From positions 192,001 through 256,000 of the forward strand of contig CAWVVV010000001.1 in the NCBI GenBank assembly GCA_963933835.1: a stretch of DNA of 64,000 bases, given 5' to 3'. Under the pieces are notes generated by a model. The model saw nothing but the letters and a program-made list of their open reading frames with translations. It was not told the DNA's origin and did not search any database. This document shows positions 59,597-64,000 of the stretch, one piece after another; within the stretch, counting starts at the first letter, position 1; every line of letters begins with the position of its first letter. The translations under genes and the position numbers were made by a program. Origin of the DNA: an uncultured Puniceicoccaceae bacterium (lineage in GTDB: Bacteria > Verrucomicrobiota > Verrucomicrobiia > Opitutales > Oceanipulchritudinaceae).

Positions 59597-60160
59597 TTAC
59601 AACTTCTGAATATCGACCTCCACATTGACGGGGTTGCTGACGATATCGAAGACCGGCGAGATACGCGCAAGATCAGCGAGGACCTCCGGTGCTGCATCGC
59701 TCTTTACGGTGAACTTCACGCGAATGTTTTCGTAGCCATTGCGCACTGTTTCATCGAGGCGAAGGAATCCGTGCAGATCGAGGTCGCCTTCAAGTTCGGT
59801 TTCGACCGATTCAAGATGTATCCCCCTGGCAGCGGCATGATAAACCATAGTCGTCGTCATGCATCCCGCTAAAGCGTGCAAAACATACTCCACTGGGTTT
59901 GCGCCTTGGTCTTCGCCCAAGAGCACTGGCGGTTCATCATTATCCAATACGAAAGCTTCCGTGCGTGTGCTATCTTCCTGACATGCGCCGTAGAAGCCCT
60001 TAATTTCGGAGCGGTTGTGCCCGCCTCCAAGCCATTTGTTCTTCGCACGAAATTGGAACTTCGCGATCTCTGGTTGCGCTTTCACCGCTTCTACGTTTTC
60101 GCCGAGGGCCGTAACATTGACGCCGTTAATGAGTGTGATTTCTGGTGTTTCTATTTTCAT
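59597..60160 (-). CDS. OsmC/Ohr-family protein
   Basis: INGVNV, DEPPVLLGED.GANPVEYVLHALAGC and EGDLDL.GFL. Confidence 0.88.
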   Translation of the reverse strand: MKIETPEITLINGVNVTALGENVEAVKAQPEIAKFQFRAKNKWLGGGHNRSEIKGFYGACQEDSTRTEAFVLDNDEPPVLLGEDQGANPVEYVLHALAGCMTTTMVYHAAARGIHLESVETELEGDLDLHGFLRLDETVRNGYENIRVKFTVKSDAAPEVLADLARISPVFDIVSNPVNVEVDIQKL

Positions 60161-60175
60161 GATTTTTAACTTTAC

Positions 60176-60193
60176 AGACAGACAAGTCTGTCT
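60176..60193. promoter_or_regulatory. TetR-type operator upstream of the OsmC-family gene
   Basis: Perfect palindrome AGACAGAC-aa-GTCTGTCT, 15 bp from the start codon. Confidence 0.8.
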
Positions 60194-60327
60194 TTAATTG
60201 GGCTAAAAAAAGCCCGGAGGTTTAGTTGAGGGGATGAGTCACAAAAGGAATAAGTCTCGCAAGAGTTTCTCTCCTGTTCTCTGAGACCTACGTATTAGTG
60301 TGTTTCTCCCGCGTAGATACTTTTTGT

Positions 60328-60912
60328 CTAATTCACCAATTGGCGGACGGCATTCATGCCATCTTGAATCGGTTTGATGTCATTATAAACACCCGCAAGT
60401 GCTATCGCGCCGGCGAGATGGGTCATATAGGCAGCCGTCAACTCGTCAGCTTTCAGATGCTTATACTTTTTGTCGGAGGCAATGAGCTCATCCGCCAAGG
60501 TATGGACAAAATCTTTTGCCCAATCATAGTGAGCGTGCCCCTGCTTGCGAAGCTCACTGGCTTCGTCTGGAACTTCAGGAACGATATTAATAAACTGACA
60601 GCCACGAAACTTCGTGCGGATCGCCCATGGTTCGACTGAATCCATCACTCCGTAGAACCGAGTCAACGGAGTGCGCTTGGTGCCTACAAAGTCGAGGATC
60701 TCTGCTGCTTCATTTTCGTTCCGGTTTTTCAAGTATGCCAGGCAGAGCGCATCCTTACTTTTGAAATTCGAATAGAAAGTCGCTTTTGCCACCCCAGCCT
60801 TTTGGATCACTTCATTGATGCCCGTCGCACGATACCCATTTCGGTAGAACAAATCTCCCGCGGTAATGAGGATGCGATCCCGAGCTGTTTCCTGATCTAA
60901 AGTCCGTGCCAT
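60328..60912 (-). CDS. TetR/AcrR-family transcriptional regulator
   Basis: RILITAGDLFYRNGYRATGINEVIQKAGVAKATFYSNFKSKD HTH and FRGCQFIN. Confidence 0.94.
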   Translation of the reverse strand: MARTLDQETARDRILITAGDLFYRNGYRATGINEVIQKAGVAKATFYSNFKSKDALCLAYLKNRNENEAAEILDFVGTKRTPLTRFYGVMDSVEPWAIRTKFRGCQFINIVPEVPDEASELRKQGHAHYDWAKDFVHTLADELIASDKKYKHLKADELTAAYMTHLAGAIALAGVYNDIKPIQDGMNAVRQLVN

Positions 60913-60927
60913 TCAATCAACATAAAC

Positions 60928-60945
60928 AGACAGACCTGTCTGCCT
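60928..60945. promoter_or_regulatory. Second copy of the operator, upstream of the TetR gene
   Basis: AGACAGAC-ct-GTCTGCCT, 15 bp from the start codon; 15 of 16 arm positions match the first copy. Confidence 0.78.
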
Positions 60946-61077
60946 AGCATAAAGTTGAAATTAATGAGAATTTCCTAAAAAACTGCATGAAATCTGTAAC
61001 TTTGAGCCCCCCAAGCGTATGGAGGCTCAGACTGCTAGTGACCTATCATTCGCCTACATCTGAATGCATTGGCACTC

Positions 61078-62022
61078 CTAGCCTCGAAAGTTAAACGGCT
61101 GCTGAACTTTGACGAAGGTCGAATTACCGTCCCTCATTGGTGGTTCAAACTCTGTCACTTCGAGGGTGAGCAGGGCACTCATGCTCAGGTCCGCGTGATC
61201 ACTTTCGATGACTCGAGGAAATTGAACCTTCCCCTCTGGGCCGACAAAGTATTCTACAACACAACTACCCTGCTGCCGAACGCCTTCTTCAGAGGTGTAG
61301 ATTCTGAGGGTCGACTTAGTCATGCGCAGCGGTGAATCAAGTTCGTTCACTTTGCTTTCCTGGTATTTGAACTTCTCTGGGGCAGCTTCATAAAGACGGC
61401 GTTCCAAGGCATCGCTGACAGATCCTCCTTGGGGCATAAAGCCACCGTTTCTCCAAGCTTCCTGCTCAATGTCGTAGAAATTCACATACACTTTCTTTCG
61501 AGTGCTGGTCGGTTCTCCCTCAACTACCGCTGCCTTAAACTCAGCTTTCTTGATCACCTTGAGCGCTTTATCGATCAGGCCCGCATGCGTCGCGTCGAAA
61601 GGCATCTGATCAATCAGTTCACCCTCAGCATCCACTTCTACGAGGATAACGGCGTGCGGTCTTGAGAGATGAAGCCCTTTGAGATCCTGAGGAATCGCTG
61701 TCCTCAGCCCCCCCTTTACTTCTAAATCTCTATCCTGAGCGATTCCCGTGAGCGGGAGAGCGCAGACAAGAAACACCAAGAGATGCTTTAGGGTTGGAAG
61801 TGGACGATGGAGACGACGTCTGAGATCGCGTTTAAAAAGGGATGACGCTTTTTCAACTAAGGCAGTGTGGAAAGAAAAACTAACTGAAGAGCCACGGAGG
61901 CCTTTCGTGCAAAACATGTAACTATTAATTAGAGTATTCATTTTTATGGTATTTGAAAGTTCGCCATAAAAATAGACTATCAATGTTACCTGTTTATTAC
62001 GGGAATATGACCATTTCATCAT
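61078..62022 (-). CDS. Secreted protein with two TonB C-terminal-like domains
   Basis: VILVEVDAEG...FKAAVVEGEP and VVEYFVGPEGKVQFPRVI...FEPPMRDG...QPFNF. The real start is probably well downstream of 62022, near the hydrophobic leader. Confidence 0.65.
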   Translation of the reverse strand: MMKWSYSRNKQVTLIVYFYGELSNTIKMNTLINSYMFCTKGLRGSSVSFSFHTALVEKASSLFKRDLRRRLHRPLPTLKHLLVFLVCALPLTGIAQDRDLEVKGGLRTAIPQDLKGLHLSRPHAVILVEVDAEGELIDQMPFDATHAGLIDKALKVIKKAEFKAAVVEGEPTSTRKKVYVNFYDIEQEAWRNGGFMPQGGSVSDALERRLYEAAPEKFKYQESKVNELDSPLRMTKSTLRIYTSEEGVRQQGSCVVEYFVGPEGKVQFPRVIESDHADLSMSALLTLEVTEFEPPMRDGNSTFVKVQQPFNFRG

Positions 62023-62222
62023 GAATGTAATCGTTCACCACCATCCTTCAAATCGACCCGTATCACAGATTTAATCAGAAATGCCGTTGTAATTACCTGC
62101 CTCAGAGCGCCGCATAGGTGGATTAAAGCCCAGTAGAACAGGATAACAGCTTGTACTGCAGGGGGCTAAAGTGCTCGAGATGGTCTGCACTAAGGAAGCT
62201 CTCGCCTTGCCCTTAATTCGAT

Positions 62223-64000
62223 ATGGGCAAGGATCAGCTCGACATGCCATCCACCACTCCAAGAAAGCGCGCGAAGAAAACCGAGCCCGTTTACTTCAAT
62301 CGCGAACTCAGCTGGCTGGCGTTTAACCGCCGAGTGCTAGATCAGGCAGGGGATGAGCGTTTTCCGCTCTTGGAGCGGCTAAAATTCCTTTCGTTTGTCT
62401 CGTCGAACCTGGATGAATTTTTCGAAATCCGGGTCTCGGGACTGATGCAGCAGGTCGAGTCAAAGGTTAAGACACTTGGCATCGACGGACTGGAGCCGAA
62501 GGAGCAGCTTAAACGTATCCAGAAAGCTACTTCATCGCTTGTCAGCGATCAGTATAAACGCTGGCACGAGCAAATAGTCCCAGGCCTCGCCGCCGAAGGG
62601 ATCCCATTCAAAACGAAAGATACCCTTACCGCGCGTGAAAAGGCCTGGCTGAAGACGTACTTCAAAGATCAAATCGAGCCGGTCCTCACCCCGCTCGCCA
62701 TCGATCCAGCGCACCCTTTGCCCCACTTCGGGAATCGATCGCTAAACATCCTCCTTTGGCTCCATGATCCAGACAAAGAAGCCGGCGAACGACTTCTCGC
62801 CTTCATCCCTGTCCCGCTCATCTTGCCTAGAGTCATCCGCATCCCTGGCACACGCCGTAGTCCAGACAGCTACATCTTTCTCGGTGGCGTCCTTAAGCTC
62901 TTCGCTAAAGAACTCTTTCCCGGATATCGGATCGTCGGAATTCATGCCTTCCGCATCACACGAAACAGCGATCTTTATATCGACGATGAGGAAGTCGAAA
63001 ACCTTCTCCAGACGATCGAAGAAGAGCTCTACAATTTGAGAAAGGGAGCCGCCGTCCGTCTAGAAATTGAAGGCGACATCGATGAGGCACTCCTCGAAGA
63101 GTTCCTCAAATCAATCCCCATCGCACGCGAACGCGTATACCGCATCAATGGGCCCATCAATCTGATGCGTTTGATGAGTATCTATGATGCTATTGATCGG
63201 CCGGACCTGAAGCTGCCTTCACCGATTCCCCACTACCCTCCAGCTTTACGCTTCGGTAAAACAATTTACGATGCGATCAAGAAAGAGGACTTCCTCCTTC
63301 ACCACCCCTATGACTCTTTTGAGCCTGTCGTCGACTACGTGAAACAAGCAGCGAAAGACCCTCAAGTCCTCGCGATCAAGATCACGCTCTACCGAACAGC
63401 AAGCAACTCACCGATCGTCAAAGCCCTCATCGACGCGGCAAAGGCGGACAAACAAGTTACGGTTCTAATCGAGCTCAAAGCGCGCTTCGACGAAGCGAAC
63501 AACATCAACTGGGCAAAGATGATGGAAGAAGCGGGCATCCATGTTGTCTATGGGTTTGTCGGGCTAAAAACGCACTGTAAGTGCTGCCTCATCATTCGCC
63601 GCGAAGAAGATGCAGTGAAGCGCTATGCTCACATCGGAACGGGCAACTACCACCATAAGACGGCACGTCTCTACACCGATCTCAGCCTTTTCACCAGTTC
63701 GCCCGAAATTTGTAATGAGGTAGCGGAGGTCTTTAACACGCTCACCGGCCGAGCAAAGAATCCTGTCTTTAAGAAACTGCTCGTAGCGCCTTACACCCTG
63801 CACAAGCGAGTGAATGAGAAGATCCTCCGCGAAGCTCGCAATGCTCGCAGTGGGAAACGAGCTCGTATCATCGTGAAGTGTAACAGCCTGATCGACAAAA
63901 AGACGATTGATAATCTCTACACGGCCTCACAGGCAGGGGTGCAGATAGATATCTACGTGCGCGGTATTTGCAGCCTTGTGCCCGGTCTTGCAGGTCTCAG
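62223..64000 (+). CDS. ppk1: Polyphosphate kinase 1 (partial, runs off the window)
   Basis: Not in the ORF track because it has no stop. Manual translation gives [51 protein letters not shown] and [16 protein letters not shown] at 63561 is in frame with ATG 62223. Confidence 0.95.
   Translation, partial: MGKDQLDMPSTTPRKRAKKTEPVYFNRELSWLAFNRRVLDQAGDERFPLLERLKFLSFVSSNLDEFFEIRVSGLMQQVESKVKTLGIDGLEPKEQLKRIQKATSSLVSDQYKRWHEQIVPGLAAEGIPFKTKDTLTAREKAWLKTYFKDQIEPVLTPLAIDPAHPLPHFGNRSLNILLWLHDPDKEAGERLLAFIPVPLILPRVIRIPGTRRSPDSYIFLGGVLKLFAKELFPGYRIVGIHAFRITRNSDLYIDDEEVENLLQTIEEELYNLRKGAAVRLEIEGDIDEALLEEFLKSIPIARERVYRINGPINLMRLMSIYDAIDRPDLKLPSPIPHYPPALRFGKTIYDAIKKEDFLLHHPYDSFEPVVDYVKQAAKDPQVLAIKITLYRTASNSPIVKALIDAAKADKQVTVLIELKARFDEANNINWAKMMEEAGIHVVYGFVGLKTHCKCCLIIRREEDAVKRYAHIGTGNYHHKTARLYTDLSLFTSSPEICNEVAEVFNTLTGRAKNPVFKKLLVAPYTLHKRVNEKILREARNARSGKRARIIVKCNSLIDKKTIDNLYTASQAGVQIDIYVRGICSLVPGLAGL

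Noticed and set aside
61002..61030. Hairpin TGAGCC...GGCTCA as a terminator
   Set aside because: The stem is plausible but there is no clear U-tract on the relevant strand.

Overview
Chromosomal bacterial DNA, most likely Verrucomicrobiota of Opitutales type. This is inferred from a TIGR02597-like protein, a Lys/Ala-rich RpoD extension and the gene repertoire, not from a database search. The window holds about 50 genes: a fabZ-fabI-DUF3592-oleA-oleB lipid/olefin operon, a family-B DNA polymerase, a large phosphate-acquisition block (Oar-like TonB-dependent receptor, porin, pstSCAB-phoU) with Pho-box-like repeats, a VTC/DUF4956/DUF2490 operon, rapA, aguAB, ppc, a PTS-EIIA-fused diadenylate cyclase, dnaG-rpoD, htpG, a TetR/OsmC pair sharing a palindromic operator, a partial ppk1 and two tRNAs (Arg-CCT, Ser-CGA). 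I saw no CRISPR array, integrase or transposase. The most notable points are: (1) an intact eukaryote-like protein arginine methyltransferase with double-E loop, dimerisation arm and THW-type loop; (2) about seven accessory loci broken by stops, frameshifts or deletion junctions while long core genes are intact, suggesting genome erosion, though assembly error is not excluded; (3) a candidate Pho-controlled VTC-type polyphosphate system; (4) loss of zinc ligands in DnaG and an FmdB-like protein; (5) a C-terminal motif shared by two unrelated secreted proteins. All family calls come from motif recognition by eye, and several start codons were moved to the more plausible ATG.
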